A stretch of DNA of 64,000 bases from a virus (Duplodnaviria; Caudoviricetes), in the IMG/VR virus record IMGVR_UViG_3300044556_000077, positions 68,183 through 132,182 of that record, one strand, 5' to 3'. The notes under the pieces were generated by a model, which was not told the DNA's origin, made no database searches, and saw only the letters and a list, made by a program, of their open reading frames with translations. Of the stretch, positions 31,001 to 41,690 are shown piece by piece; positions within the stretch are counted from its first letter, which is position 1; the number at the start of each line of letters is the position of its first letter. The position numbers and the translations under genes are program-made.

Positions 31001-32004
31001 ACTGGAAGTTCCATCTCCAATCTGTCTCTACGTTTCTGTTGTTCTTCTTCTGACATATCGCCAAACTTTTCATCGAAAGTCTTATATACCAGATACCTCA
31101 AATATTCTTCATGAGAGTCAAAGTCACCCTCGATTTCAACCTTTGGCATCTGATTTCCATGTCCTAGCCCATAATCAATATTCCCATCAACCAAATCTGC
31201 AACACAAGCAGTATTCTTAATTCCACGTTCAATAACTTCCTTGTCTAAGCTATCATCTAGTATTTCATACACATCATTTTCATCCTGAAGATAGCATCCA
31301 GAATAAGACTCTCCAACATCTCTGTCCTCTCCGATTCTAACAAATACAGCATGAGAGTCAGCCAAGTCTTTACTCAGCATATGTGCATCTGTTGTAATAA
31401 CGTATTCCATATGATGTGTATCTGCAAACTTTAAAATCTTTTCATTTGCAATTCTTTGAGCCTCAGTCTTATGCGACTGAAGCTCAATATATACATCATC
31501 AAATATATCTTTTAACTCGTTAACAAACTTATCAGCATCATCCCATCTGTCATCAACAAGATATCTGCTTAAACGTCCTGCCTGACAAGCTGTAAGACAA
31601 ATAATACCTTCACCATATCCATGCTCTTTAATGTACTTTAAGTCGATTCTAGGCTTCTTATACATTCCTTCTGTACATGCAACACTGGTAAGGTCAATCA
31701 GATTGTGAAATCCTACATCATTCTTTGCCAGAAGCACCAGATGATATCTAGGTTGCTTATATTCTTTAGTATCCGCTTTCTCCCACATATCATCTACTTC
31801 ATAGATTTCATTTCCAACTATAGGTTTTATATTAGCCTTGTTACAAGCTTTCACAAAATCTACAAAACTAGACATGTAACCATGATTAGTTAAAGCAATT
31901 GCTTTTTGACCATGCTCTTTTGCGTAATTCACAAGTTCAGGCACAGTCAGGATTGAATCAAGCAAGCTGCCCTGTGCGTCATGAACGTGCAAGTTAATAA
32001 ACAT
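28075..32004 (-). CDS. dnaE: DNA polymerase III alpha subunit, three exons: join(32004..30790, 30481..29387, 29097..28075), ~1110 aa
   Basis: PHP domain (LHVH, TNHG, TDAH); RGSGG; splicing restores MAD|FDWD and FNCGH|ATAY; HAAG, KMDYLGL, YQEQ, OB fold. Confidence 0.93.
29098..29386 (-). ncRNA. Group I intron 2 in dnaE (289 nt, no ORF)
   Basis: 5' splice site after CAU, P1 GGACAU/GUGUCC with U.G pair, P7 TCAGAGACTA / AAGGTATAGTCC, terminal G; removal restores the frame. Confidence 0.9.
30482..30789 (-). ncRNA. Group I intron 1 in dnaE (308 nt, no ORF)
   Basis: 5' splice site after GAU, AATCCTGTGCCAAG element, P7 GCAACGATCA / AAGATATGATCT (covariant), terminal G; removal restores the frame. 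Confidence 0.9.
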
Positions 32005-32027
32005 CCGATCTCCTTTCTACATATTTA

Positions 32028-33872
32028 CTAACTCCAAATGTCATCTATACTATACTCCTCATCTGTAAAAGTATCAACAACTAAATTATTTTTTGTACTT
32101 GTTAACTCACAATCTACAATTCTAAACTGTGGAGTAAGTACACCATTAAAATCATTAATCTCAGGCTCACCTACCAGATTCATTGTAACTTCGTCTTCAG
32201 CATTCCATGCACTGTCAAGCCAAGCATAAAGCTGCGAGTCCTTGCATCTGAAATAAATAAAGCGCATACCAGATTCATCATTAATCTGAATGGTATCTCT
32301 GTTCTTTCCAATAATGTGAATATCCCCCTTTGTGAACTTCACATTCTTAACAGCAAACTTTGGTTCAGGAATACCCTGTCCATAATAAGGCTTCATGCTG
32401 TCACACGCTCTGCAAAGCGGAACGCTTCTACTCTGAAGTTCGCTATAATCTAAAACGTCATCCACATAATATACTTTTTCAAACTCTACATCGCTCAGAA
32501 GCTGATTAAACTCTTCTCTAGCCTTTTCTACGTTACTCTTGTCAATCTGTACACCAAACGCATTTGGATGCCCCTGTGCAAGTGAAAACTGGTTTGTTTC
32601 CTTAGTAACTTCTTTCAGGTCTTCAATAGGGCTGTAGTCTATATTTCTTCCACTTCCACCAAGTGTGTTGCCACCTTTATTCATAACAATGATAGCTGGC
32701 TTGTTAACATAATCAGCTAATCTCATAGCCACAAGTCCTGTAATTCCCGGTGACTTAATAAGTCCAGTTCCATCTGTCACGACCACCTTATCTTCAGAAG
32801 TATCCCCAAGATTGTTAATTACCGATTCAAGCGATCTCTTCACTTCAGAATCCTGTCTACTCTTAGCATTCTTACTCAATCTCGCAGCTCTGTCATAAAT
32901 GTTTTCTTTAATCACTTCTGCAGGATGGTCTTTTGTTGCTCTCTTTTTATAGTCAAAGATTTCATAATCATTAATAAATCCTCTGAAGAGCAATTCTTTT
33001 GTAGCTTTGTTAGCAAAACGAATGCATCCATTGATTACTGGAGAAATATACCACTGTACATTATGAACCGATACTTCTCCTCTCATACTGTATTCCTGTG
33101 CGCTTATAAGGGCTTTAAACTGCTCATTGTTAATATGGTTTAATCCATACTCTACAAGGCTTCTAGTCTCCTCAGAACGCATATCCATAACATCAGAGAT
33201 ATTACCTAATGCCACAAGATCAAGATACTTGTCTGCATTAAAAGTCCAATTCAGATCATCAAGTGCCTTGCAGAACTTATATACAACACCAACACCACTA
33301 AGCTCTTTGTTTGGATATACTTCACTCATCTGATTGTTTACAATAACTACTTTATCGTTCTTTAAGTTCTCCATACCACCCTTATCACAATCATGATGGT
33401 CGAGAATCAGGATATCTACCCCTTTATCTGTAAAATATTTACATCTCTCAGCATCATTGGTGGCTGCATCAGGAATAATAAAAAGCTTTGTCTTTACAGA
33501 TACTTTCAGGTTATCATCTAATCCATGTGCTTTAGGGCGGTCATGCATAATGTAAGAGACTGGATATTCGCTATCCAGTCCTTTAATATAATTAATCATT
33601 ACAGCTGCAGAAGTGAATCCATCAACATCTGTATCTACCAACACAGCAATTGGATCACGTTTCTCAAAGTGCTTCATAAAGATCTCTGTCGCTTTATCAA
33701 TGTTCTCAAGCCAATGATAATCATACTGATTATTAGTGCTCTCTCTCCCGGAGTTAACTTCATCCACATATCTTGAAGGACAAGCAATGCCTCGATTGTA
33801 TAAAATCTGATATAAATCGGAATCAAACTGCTTCTCCTTATCTTCCTTATTCCTCAGTAACTTAAACTTCAA
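32028..33872 (-). CDS. recJ: RecJ-like single-stranded DNA exonuclease (DHH family)
   Basis: DTDVDG, LDHH, LSGVGV, GSGR, GHPNAFG. Confidence 0.9.
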   Translation of the reverse strand: MKFKLLRNKEDKEKQFDSDLYQILYNRGIACPSRYVDEVNSGRESTNNQYDYHWLENIDKATEIFMKHFEKRDPIAVLVDTDVDGFTSAAVMINYIKGLDSEYPVSYIMHDRPKAHGLDDNLKVSVKTKLFIIPDAATNDAERCKYFTDKGVDILILDHHDCDKGGMENLKNDKVVIVNNQMSEVYPNKELSGVGVVYKFCKALDDLNWTFNADKYLDLVALGNISDVMDMRSEETRSLVEYGLNHINNEQFKALISAQEYSMRGEVSVHNVQWYISPVINGCIRFANKATKELLFRGFINDYEIFDYKKRATKDHPAEVIKENIYDRAARLSKNAKSRQDSEVKRSLESVINNLGDTSEDKVVVTDGTGLIKSPGITGLVAMRLADYVNKPAIIVMNKGGNTLGGSGRNIDYSPIEDLKEVTKETNQFSLAQGHPNAFGVQIDKSNVEKAREEFNQLLSDVEFEKVYYVDDVLDYSELQSRSVPLCRACDSMKPYYGQGIPEPKFAVKNVKFTKGDIHIIGKNRDTIQINDESGMRFIYFRCKDSQLYAWLDSAWNAEDEVTMNLVGEPEINDFNGVLTPQFRIVDCELTSTKNNLVVDTFTDEEYSIDDIWS

Positions 33873-33884
33873 ACCCTTGCTCCT

Positions 33885-34055
33885 TTACCACTCTGTATAA
33901 ATCGTTACACCATCTTCATCTGCTTCAACTCTGTCAATAAAATCAACATCTTCCACATCATCATGCGGATCATATTTATAAATGCTTACTTCGCTGTCTT
34001 TCCATCCATGCTCTCTCAGTTTTGTTAACTCACGGCAAAGCTCATCAACTGTCAT
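33885..34055 (-). CDS. 56-aa hypothetical protein (MTVDELCRELTKL...), absent from the ORF track
   Basis: RBS AAGGAGAG; fills the gap between primase and recJ. Confidence 0.6.
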   Translation of the reverse strand: MTVDELCRELTKLREHGWKDSEVSIYKYDPHDDVEDVDFIDRVEADEDGVTIYTEW

Positions 34056-34069
34056 TTGTTTTACTCTCC

Positions 34070-35092
34070 TTATCTAATTCTATAAATATTGTTTTTTAAT
34101 AGCTGCTCCCACTTCTTTTTCTCATCTATGGGAGACTCTTTATCATTTAAAAGCTTGTCCTTGTCCCAAATAGAATAAATTGGGACACCTTTTATAAAAC
34201 GATTTGCTAACTCGCTCAACTCATCTTTTGTCACATCGGCATCAAAGGCAAATACGATCTTAACTCCAAGCCTTGTAAGCATATCAATCTGAAACTTGGA
34301 AACCTTCTTACCGCCAGTAGCCACACAGTTTCTGTAGCCATATGACCACCCTTGCATCACACCTTTTTCCGCTTCGACAATATAAACACACTGAGCGTCC
34401 TGAATGTAATCATAGTTCTGATACAACCCATAAAGCACTCTTGATCTAGGAGTAGGCTCTAGATATAAATACTTCATATCATCTTCATCTAATTCTTTTT
34501 TGAACAACCTTCCTTTTACACCAACTAGATTTCCAAGCTCATCATAAATAGGAATCGTAATTCTGTTTGTACAAGGATCATAGCCAATCTGAAAGGTCTG
34601 CTGCGTTGTGTAAGAAATGCCATCGTTATAAAACATGTCGTTTACATACGGCTCGTAGTATGTAAGAACCTGCGTACTAATTGGTTTGAGCGGTTTCTCT
34701 TTCTCTTCCTCACTCTCGCACAAATTATGCAACCTCCTCAAAATTAAAACACTATCTGGAACGTCCTTATCGAAGTCGTAATAGTAGTCAATTCCGAGTA
34801 GATCAGTAACATGCTTTAAGGCTCTTGAGAAGTTACACCCAAGATTGTAACTTACTAGATCAAATATATCTGTTGCCCTGTTTGTGTCAACCAGAGTCCT
34901 TGTGTAATCAATAGTGGTCAACTTCTCGTCATTATAGACAACTACAGCATTTGGATTATCCCCATCTTTATTACAGGCAGAGTAGTAGTTTGAAGATGAA
35001 TGGTAACTGACATGAGTACATCCAATCGATTCTAAGATATCACCCGTCTTTTCATTATCTATGATGTATTCTTTTAATTTCTTAACGTCCAT
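34070..35092 (-). CDS. dnaG: DNA primase (Toprim)
   Basis: RITIPI...GVKGR, KY, IVEAEKG, FAFDAD. Confidence 0.85.
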   Translation of the reverse strand: MDVKKLKEYIIDNEKTGDILESIGCTHVSYHSSSNYYSACNKDGDNPNAVVVYNDEKLTTIDYTRTLVDTNRATDIFDLVSYNLGCNFSRALKHVTDLLGIDYYYDFDKDVPDSVLILRRLHNLCESEEEKEKPLKPISTQVLTYYEPYVNDMFYNDGISYTTQQTFQIGYDPCTNRITIPIYDELGNLVGVKGRLFKKELDEDDMKYLYLEPTPRSRVLYGLYQNYDYIQDAQCVYIVEAEKGVMQGWSYGYRNCVATGGKKVSKFQIDMLTRLGVKIVFAFDADVTKDELSELANRFIKGVPIYSIWDKDKLLNDKESPIDEKKKWEQLLKNNIYRIR

Positions 35093-35097
35093 CTCTT

Positions 35098-35382
35098 CTA
35101 CTCAAATCTGCTATTGTATTCCTCTGTTACTTCCTTTTCCCAATGTTCCCAACCGGGTTTGTCAAACTTGTCATCACCAAACTGCGTCTGACTTTCACAA
35201 TCATTTTTCATGATAGCAATCGTATTAGTTGACAGTTCTTTAAGATGCGGTCTTATAATATCTCTCACCCAACTAGGCATATACGTTTTTCTGCCTTGAC
35301 AATAGCGAAGCGAACACACCATGAGTACTTCAAGCTCATCCTTATTGAACATCACAGTGTCGTTGCTTTTACTTACATTCAT
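35098..35382 (-). CDS. Hypothetical phage protein
   Basis: LRYCQGRKTYMPS motif. Confidence 0.65.
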   Translation of the reverse strand: MNVSKSNDTVMFNKDELEVLMVCSLRYCQGRKTYMPSWVRDIIRPHLKELSTNTIAIMKNDCESQTQFGDDKFDKPGWEHWEKEVTEEYNSRFE

Positions 35383-35385
35383 TTT

Positions 35386-36948
35386 TTACATCCCTTTCTT
35401 TACTAAGCAGCCTACTTCTTTCCACATGTTTATATCCAGATCCTGTTCGATCAGTGGTATCTTATCCTTATTTCCTGCACGGTTTTTATCGATTTTCATT
35501 CCAAAGTATCTCTTATTCGGATCAAGTTCCCATCTCTGATTAGCAGCCTCTCGAGCATTTCCCCATACATCCTCTGGGATGTATCTGTAGTTATCATATT
35601 CTTCTGGAGAAATCCTCTTACCAAGAATCAGGAAATCTGCTACATGTTTAATTCCCTTGCAAGATGCGATGTTATTAGAACTCAGTTCATCTACAGGAAC
35701 GAACACTGTATCATCTGTCAGCTGCATGTCAGCCCAAATGAATACGTCTGTCTCATTACTAAGTTCTTTCAGCCTTGTTGCTGTGCGCTTCAGGATTGAC
35801 CAATCTCCAATATCGTTATAAGGCTTTAAGGTATCATATCCCATATATTTGATGCCATATAATGTTTTGTGCTTCTTTATCTCAAACTCTAATGCAGAAT
35901 CCGAGTAATCCGCTCCCACATCCTTTAAGTAAAGCTTTCCTTTAGTCCTCTCATCAATCCATTTACAAACTCTCAGAACATCTCTAAACTCTTTTGAGTT
36001 GTCAAACATCCTTTTTTTATATTCTCTCAGAGTTTCGGTGAAAACACCATCTTCATCCTGTTTACGCTGAATGAACTTATGTGTTACGTCATCTCTGTAA
36101 AGTCCAAGAACGATCTCTCTCTCTGGTTTTCTAATCCTTACTCCATGCATTGATCTGAAAGGCTCGTTATTTAAAACTGTTGTAATCAAGCAGTTTCTTA
36201 AATCCTGTTCATCCATCTCATTACTCAGAAGAAGAAACTTTTCTTCATGCAAAAATACAATTGTTGCAGCTAGGTACATCAGATTTCTTGTCTTTCCTGC
36301 ATTACTTAAAAATCCACAAAGAAAGAAATGCTTCGGTCTGATTCCTCTTGCCATCTCTGTAATCAGATGCCAAGGAAAAGACAAACCGATATCTGGTTTC
36401 TCCAAGTAGGAAAGCATTAAATCTTCGTTGCCTTCAAGCAGATTAACTGACTCCTCTTTCGCAGAAATAATTGTATTAATCTTATCTGCTTCGGAACGAA
36501 TCAGCTTGTAAATATCCTTTGCCTCCATCTTAGGAAACAGAGGATGCTCTACAATCTTCATTGCAGGATAGCCTTTGCGATAATATTCTCTGAGCAGAGA
36601 ATATTTCTTGAGCTGCGCATAATATTTTTCAATATCCGCAGGATCAGCTAATTCAATTAACTCTTTAATGAACTTATAGCCATCGTACTGTCTATAACGC
36701 TTTAAACGCTCCGTATCCTGAGTCATGAACAAATCTACCTTAGCTTCGTCCATCTCCTCTGAGAACGTTGTATATATCGACTCAAACATATCATAAAAGA
36801 ACTTTGTTGCCGGGTCGATGAAATCAAAAGCGGATCTGATATCGTTACCATAGCGAATGTACAGTGTAGGATCACTGTACATAGCCCCAACGAACATCAT
36901 CTCCGCTTGAATATTTTTTAACTTATCTGGTATCTGTCTTTCTTCCAT
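35386..36948 (-). CDS. dnaB: Replicative DNA helicase (DnaB-like)
   Basis: Walker A SNAGKT, SNEM, YDTLK, MQL, DKNRAG. Confidence 0.85.
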   Translation of the reverse strand: MEERQIPDKLKNIQAEMMFVGAMYSDPTLYIRYGNDIRSAFDFIDPATKFFYDMFESIYTTFSEEMDEAKVDLFMTQDTERLKRYRQYDGYKFIKELIELADPADIEKYYAQLKKYSLLREYYRKGYPAMKIVEHPLFPKMEAKDIYKLIRSEADKINTIISAKEESVNLLEGNEDLMLSYLEKPDIGLSFPWHLITEMARGIRPKHFFLCGFLSNAGKTRNLMYLAATIVFLHEEKFLLLSNEMDEQDLRNCLITTVLNNEPFRSMHGVRIRKPEREIVLGLYRDDVTHKFIQRKQDEDGVFTETLREYKKRMFDNSKEFRDVLRVCKWIDERTKGKLYLKDVGADYSDSALEFEIKKHKTLYGIKYMGYDTLKPYNDIGDWSILKRTATRLKELSNETDVFIWADMQLTDDTVFVPVDELSSNNIASCKGIKHVADFLILGKRISPEEYDNYRYIPEDVWGNAREAANQRWELDPNKRYFGMKIDKNRAGNKDKIPLIEQDLDINMWKEVGCLVKKGM

Positions 36949-36956
36949 TTCTATTC

Positions 36957-37640
36957 CTAAAAGATATCATTTAGTACATCCTCGATGTCTATCGAATTTG
37001 TACCACCCTTAATTTCATTTGCTTTCTGAGTCTGCCCGATATTCTTAATGCTACTTCCAATATCCTTAGACTCCTTAACAGCCTTATCAACTGTTTTACT
37101 CTGAACTTCTTTTTTCTTTTTCCATTGACAATAGTTATCGTAATTATTCTTGCAGACAGCAATGTCATAAGCAATCATTGCTTCGTCTGTGTCAAATTTA
37201 ATTCCCTTTTTCTCTCTTCGAATATGCGTCTTTCTGAGAGTTGGGAGCATCTTTTTCCAAATGTTATATAAGTCTTCTGCACAGATCCCCTCGGACATGC
37301 CTTGCATCTGTCCTTGATAAACTGCTTCAAGCCTTGTGAAGATGTTACTAGACACAACCTTCATGTTATACTCTTTGACGATCAGCTTATATACCTGATC
37401 TCTATAAAACTTATCTCGGAAGAATCCTAGCGATTCCTGCGCCAGAGAATCAACATTCTCTTTTGCTTCTTTCCAATTTTTCTTTGCTCTGTCTGTCTTC
37501 TTAGTTCTGATATTCTCATCGCAGAATTTCTTGAAGCATTCTATGTGGTAATTCTTTCGTTTATATCTGATGCAATTGTTAATGTCACTCTCTTTTTCAA
37601 GTATAAGTTGATCCCCGCAATATGAACATTTACAACCCAT
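36957..37640 (-). CDS. Zn-binding replication-cluster protein (possible helicase loader)
   Basis: CSYC...HIEC; directly upstream of dnaB. Confidence 0.55.
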   Translation of the reverse strand: MGCKCSYCGDQLILEKESDINNCIRYKRKNYHIECFKKFCDENIRTKKTDRAKKNWKEAKENVDSLAQESLGFFRDKFYRDQVYKLIVKEYNMKVVSSNIFTRLEAVYQGQMQGMSEGICAEDLYNIWKKMLPTLRKTHIRREKKGIKFDTDEAMIAYDIAVCKNNYDNYCQWKKKKEVQSKTVDKAVKESKDIGSSIKNIGQTQKANEIKGGTNSIDIEDVLNDIF

Positions 37641-37714
37641 GCGACCCCCTTATTTGTGAAATAATTGGGTGAACATCCCTGCTCACCCAATCTCACAATG
37701 GCTAAACGAATTAT

Positions 37715-38884
37715 TTACTTGCTTACTACTTCATAAATCTTCTTGAGAACTTCTACATCTGTTACTGTTGAGAAGTTAGTCGGAAGTCCTGCGTTCTTCA
37801 GAGCAAGCTGACGCTTTCCCTTTTCTCCTTTTGGAAGAGCCTTAATTGTATCCATGATATTCTTCTGAAGATCATGCACTTCATTTACTGGCTTCTTAGA
37901 AGCAGCTTCTTTCTTCTCTTCAGTTTTCTCATCTTCGTCAAGCAGATGCATTGATTTCTTTTCATACATCTTCTGCTCAGTCTCAATTGCCTTATCCAGA
38001 CCATTCTCAAGAACAAAAGATTTCTTACCCTTGTTACGATTGATCACAGACTGCCAAACAGTAAGAGTAGGGTCTTCAATGATCTCTCCTGCCTTAAATA
38101 CGCCTGTTCTATCCTTTACTACCTGAAGACAAACACCATGTGTCTGTGGATCAATAAATGTATGAAGGATTGTCTTGGCATTGTAATCAATACCCTTATA
38201 AGAATCTGGGATCTTCCTTCCTGTGGAAACAGATTCAATTTTTCCATTAGAATTGATGTTCTTTTTTTCATCTTTTTCTCTGGAAGTAATTACCACGTTA
38301 ATTCCAAGAGCCATCAGATCAAGAACAAGCTGCTGTCCAGAGTAATTCAGTGTCTGATAATCCTTAAACTCAAGGCTTGCGCCCTGAACCTTTACAAATT
38401 TTTCTGCACCCGTCAGCTCCTGCTTGTTAGCCTTAACCATGTTTCTCTTCTTGGAAAGCTCAAGCAGTCCCTGTTCAGATGTCATCTTCAGAACTGAAGT
38501 ACCATCAATCAGAATAGCATCTGGGAAGAAATCTTTTCCATCAGCATCCTTCATAACTTCATCTGTTTCTTCACCTTCGTCATCATACATATAGAACTTC
38601 TCATGGTTCTTAATCTTATTGAGAAGCTCACTGATCTCCTGCAGAGACTGAGTATAGAAAACTTTGATGTTATCCATATTAACTTCACCAGAATCTTCCA
38701 TAGCTGCGAGGGCATCATCAACACCACCGCCCTCGCAATCTACAACAGCCAGTCTGAAAGGAGAACCATCTTCATTATGGAACTCAGCCAGCTGAAGACC
38801 AAGTGTGGTCTTCCCGCTGAACGTATCTCCATAAATCAGTGTTACAAGCTTACTCTGAATCTTACCAGCATTTCTAGTTTTCAA
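37715..38884 (-). CDS. AAA ATPase (Sak4/AAA_24-like)
   Basis: YGDTFSGKTT, VDCEGG, LIDG, KDRTG. Confidence 0.75.
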   Translation of the reverse strand: MKTRNAGKIQSKLVTLIYGDTFSGKTTLGLQLAEFHNEDGSPFRLAVVDCEGGGVDDALAAMEDSGEVNMDNIKVFYTQSLQEISELLNKIKNHEKFYMYDDEGEETDEVMKDADGKDFFPDAILIDGTSVLKMTSEQGLLELSKKRNMVKANKQELTGAEKFVKVQGASLEFKDYQTLNYSGQQLVLDLMALGINVVITSREKDEKKNINSNGKIESVSTGRKIPDSYKGIDYNAKTILHTFIDPQTHGVCLQVVKDRTGVFKAGEIIEDPTLTVWQSVINRNKGKKSFVLENGLDKAIETEQKMYEKKSMHLLDEDEKTEEKKEAASKKPVNEVHDLQKNIMDTIKALPKGEKGKRQLALKNAGLPTNFSTVTDVEVLKKIYEVVSK

Positions 38885-38957
38885 ATGCCTACCTCCCTAT
38901 TCTCCAAAATTATTCTAGTTTATATATTGATTATTTATTATACATATTACATAAGAC

Positions 38958-40049
38958 TTACAGCTCGTCATCCCACGGATTAGCCATATCATCTTCAAAG
39001 TCATCATTCAGCTTTGAATTAGATACTCCCCAGTCATCACCAGAGTTGTCTGTCTTTCCGAAGTCAGCCTTTGCTGTTTCGCTCTCCTTGATCTTGTGAA
39101 TAGCTTCTTCCATTAGATCCTTTCTATAGGACTCTGTATCAATCGAAGATGGCTTTGCTCCTACAATGAAGAACTCTCTTCTCATTGGAGCATTGATCTT
39201 CTCCATGACATTAGGCTCTCCCCAACAATCATCTTCCTCAACTGTTTCTGTAATAGCATTGGTTGAGATCTTTCCATAAATCTTAATGCCTGTGTATGGC
39301 TTCAGATTCTTTCTCAGAGTCTTTGCAAGGTTTGCATGCTCTGCATCAATATAGAAAGTTGCATCTTCAATAGAAGAATAATCAACAATCTTCGCAGCTA
39401 CTTCAAATCTTCCTGTCGGATTACCAGAAGCATCCTGTTCTTTATCAATTCCCATGAATACGATATCCTGCGTGAAATCATGAGTTGGTTTGTATTCATC
39501 ATCTCCGAAATTGCATGGCGCACACAGTGATACCTGACTCGGAGTAAGCTTTACGCTTCTAATAATCTCTCCATTCTTTGACGGGAAATGAGAGAAATCA
39601 AGATTTCCACGAATAAATACACTTTCTCCATCCTTCAGGTTCTCACCGATAATCTTACAAGCATCGTATTCAACAACATGCTTCTTATCATTGACCTGTT
39701 TACCGCTCTCATCCAGAACTTTCTGGACTCCTACGTTCATACCGATCAGATTGTATCCCTTCTCCTTAAACTGATTTCTCTCACTCCAAGGAACTGCTTT
39801 TGTCGTGCCCTTCTTTTCTCCATTTTCAGGATGATGATAAAAGTAAACCTTGTCTCTTGGATATCCTGCAAGATCAATACCGAGTGACTTACCATCTTCA
39901 TAAGTTACGCTAAACTTGATTCTTCTATATGGATTGCCTTTTCTGGAAGTTGCTTCTGTGTAGAAGTTACTGCCCTCAGTTCCCTTAACAACTCCCTTGA
40001 TGTTAAAACTTCCTCTCGTCTGTGGCAGATCGATAATTCTTGTTGCCAT
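38958..40049 (-). CDS. Probable single-stranded DNA-binding protein
   Basis: Beta-rich OB-like pattern, acidic aromatic C-tail (DDFEDDMANPWDDEL), next to the AAA ATPase. Confidence 0.6.
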   Translation of the reverse strand: MATRIIDLPQTRGSFNIKGVVKGTEGSNFYTEATSRKGNPYRRIKFSVTYEDGKSLGIDLAGYPRDKVYFYHHPENGEKKGTTKAVPWSERNQFKEKGYNLIGMNVGVQKVLDESGKQVNDKKHVVEYDACKIIGENLKDGESVFIRGNLDFSHFPSKNGEIIRSVKLTPSQVSLCAPCNFGDDEYKPTHDFTQDIVFMGIDKEQDASGNPTGRFEVAAKIVDYSSIEDATFYIDAEHANLAKTLRKNLKPYTGIKIYGKISTNAITETVEEDDCWGEPNVMEKINAPMRREFFIVGAKPSSIDTESYRKDLMEEAIHKIKESETAKADFGKTDNSGDDWGVSNSKLNDDFEDDMANPWDDEL

Positions 40050-40126
40050 TTTCTCTCCTTTTCCTTCTCCCAGAGCAGTTTTATTACTACCCTATATTTA
40101 AAATGTTATCTAATTATTATATTGTA

Positions 40127-40432
40127 CTACTTATCATTGTAAGTATAATATCTTAAATCAAAATTGATACCACCGATTTTACTTTGAAAATCTGGATAAT
40201 ATCTTACGATGTTAACAGCTCCACATTCTGAGCATCTGCATAATTTTACGCTATAATCAGAACCTTCTTCAAACCAAGCTTCAGTTTCTACTAGAACATG
40301 TTTACACCTCTTACATTTTCTTTCATTTTCCATAAGCCCTCTTTTTATCTTCAGCAATAACTGTCGGCTTTCCTTTGCCACAATTATATTATCATAGATT
40401 CTGGAATATTTCAATATGTATTTATTGGACAT
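40127..40432 (-). CDS. Small zinc-finger protein
   Basis: CKRC...CSEC. Confidence 0.6.
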   Translation of the reverse strand: MSNKYILKYSRIYDNIIVAKESRQLLLKIKRGLMENERKCKRCKHVLVETEAWFEEGSDYSVKLCRCSECGAVNIVRYYPDFQSKIGGINFDLRYYTYNDK

Positions 40433-41186
40433 CTTTATTATAATACTCAGAATCCTGAATGTATTGAAGATATTCTTTCCACATGCCTATGGAATGAATG
40501 TACTCTTTACCTTTTAAACCCTTACTGACCATATCAGATTTGATACTGAAATTCTTGCCCTTCTTTTTTTGGATTTCTTTCTTAAACTCAGCATTAATCG
40601 TTTTCATGATATAAGGGTTTACAGTATTAAAAGTTCTGCCACGCATTGTACGTTTTACATGCGGCAGATGTTTAACTACTTCGTCATATTTCACCATATC
40701 CTTTTCTGGAATATTATACTTATTTGTCATTAAATTCTTCGTACTGAGCGGATCAATCTTTGCTCCGCTTGTCCTTGGTGAAATAAATTCAGCAATTACA
40801 TCAATATTCTCTACCGGGCAGAAGAAATCCATTTCATTGTCTAGGATCTCTATTTCAGAAATTAATCCAGTACTCTCTACCATGCTAACCAGTTTATCAT
40901 AATATCTCTTGTCTTTTAAAGCAGACTCTTCAAAGCCATCATCAAAGTTTTCTTTATAAATGCTGCGCAGGACATTCTTCCCAATGCCCCCTCTAGGGAA
41001 ATATATCCAAAGATTATCCCCAATTCCATGATGAATCTCAGTGCCACCTCTGCATGGGATATAAAAATCTGAATAACAAGGATCAATATCATTGTTACTA
41101 TTTCTTGGAAAATCATGTTTCTCTAGATCCAAATGGGCAAGTACCCTGTACTTCCCAACAAACTTTTCTCTTAAATAGTTGTCCAC
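40422..41186 (-). CDS. Hypothetical phage protein
   Basis: Long ORF, RBS AAAGGAG. Confidence 0.75.
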   Translation of the reverse strand: MDNYLREKFVGKYRVLAHLDLEKHDFPRNSNNDIDPCYSDFYIPCRGGTEIHHGIGDNLWIYFPRGGIGKNVLRSIYKENFDDGFEESALKDKRYYDKLVSMVESTGLISEIEILDNEMDFFCPVENIDVIAEFISPRTSGAKIDPLSTKNLMTNKYNIPEKDMVKYDEVVKHLPHVKRTMRGRTFNTVNPYIMKTINAEFKKEIQKKKGKNFSIKSDMVSKGLKGKEYIHSIGMWKEYLQYIQDSEYYNKDVQ

Positions 41187-41200
41187 ACATCCGCTCCTTT

Positions 41201-41581
41201 CTAATATGCGATCTCGCAGCCAGTAATAGTAAATACGATTTCATCATCCTTTACTCTGATTCCACAGATTTTGCCATCTGTTTTAGAGTATTCAATTGTG
41301 TAATTTTTCTCTTTAAAGAATTTAAAGTTTAAATCTCTATTATCGGAATCAATTGAGAGAATAGTTTCATCATGAATATACATATCGGAAGGGAGTAGAA
41401 TATCTGTACTTGTACATTTAAACATAGTACCTGAAGTTTCGATACCTAAGATGACTGTCCTTCCTTCTTCTTCCCAGTCGGTTAAACAATCATCTATTAG
41501 GGTTATCGCCTCCACCCCCTCTAATACAATATGATAGAAATTATTTAAATTCTTTTTTGTACTATTATTCATGTCTCTCAT
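41201..41581 (-). CDS. Hypothetical protein
   Basis: RBS AGGAGG. Confidence 0.7.
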   Translation of the reverse strand: MRDMNNSTKKNLNNFYHIVLEGVEAITLIDDCLTDWEEEGRTVILGIETSGTMFKCTSTDILLPSDMYIHDETILSIDSDNRDLNFKFFKEKNYTIEYSKTDGKICGIRVKDDEIVFTITGCEIAY

Positions 41582-41690
41582 AAAACTGTCCTCCTATCGC
41601 TCGATCGACTGATAAATAACAATGAAACATTACAATAAAAAAGAGTGGCAAACACACCACCCTATTTTTTAATAAGAAAGTGAGCCTTTA

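Noticed and set aside
28075-32004. dnaE as a frameshifted pseudogene or split intein
   Set aside because: Gaps carry group I P7 motifs and U/G splice sites that restore conserved motifs exactly; no intein termini.
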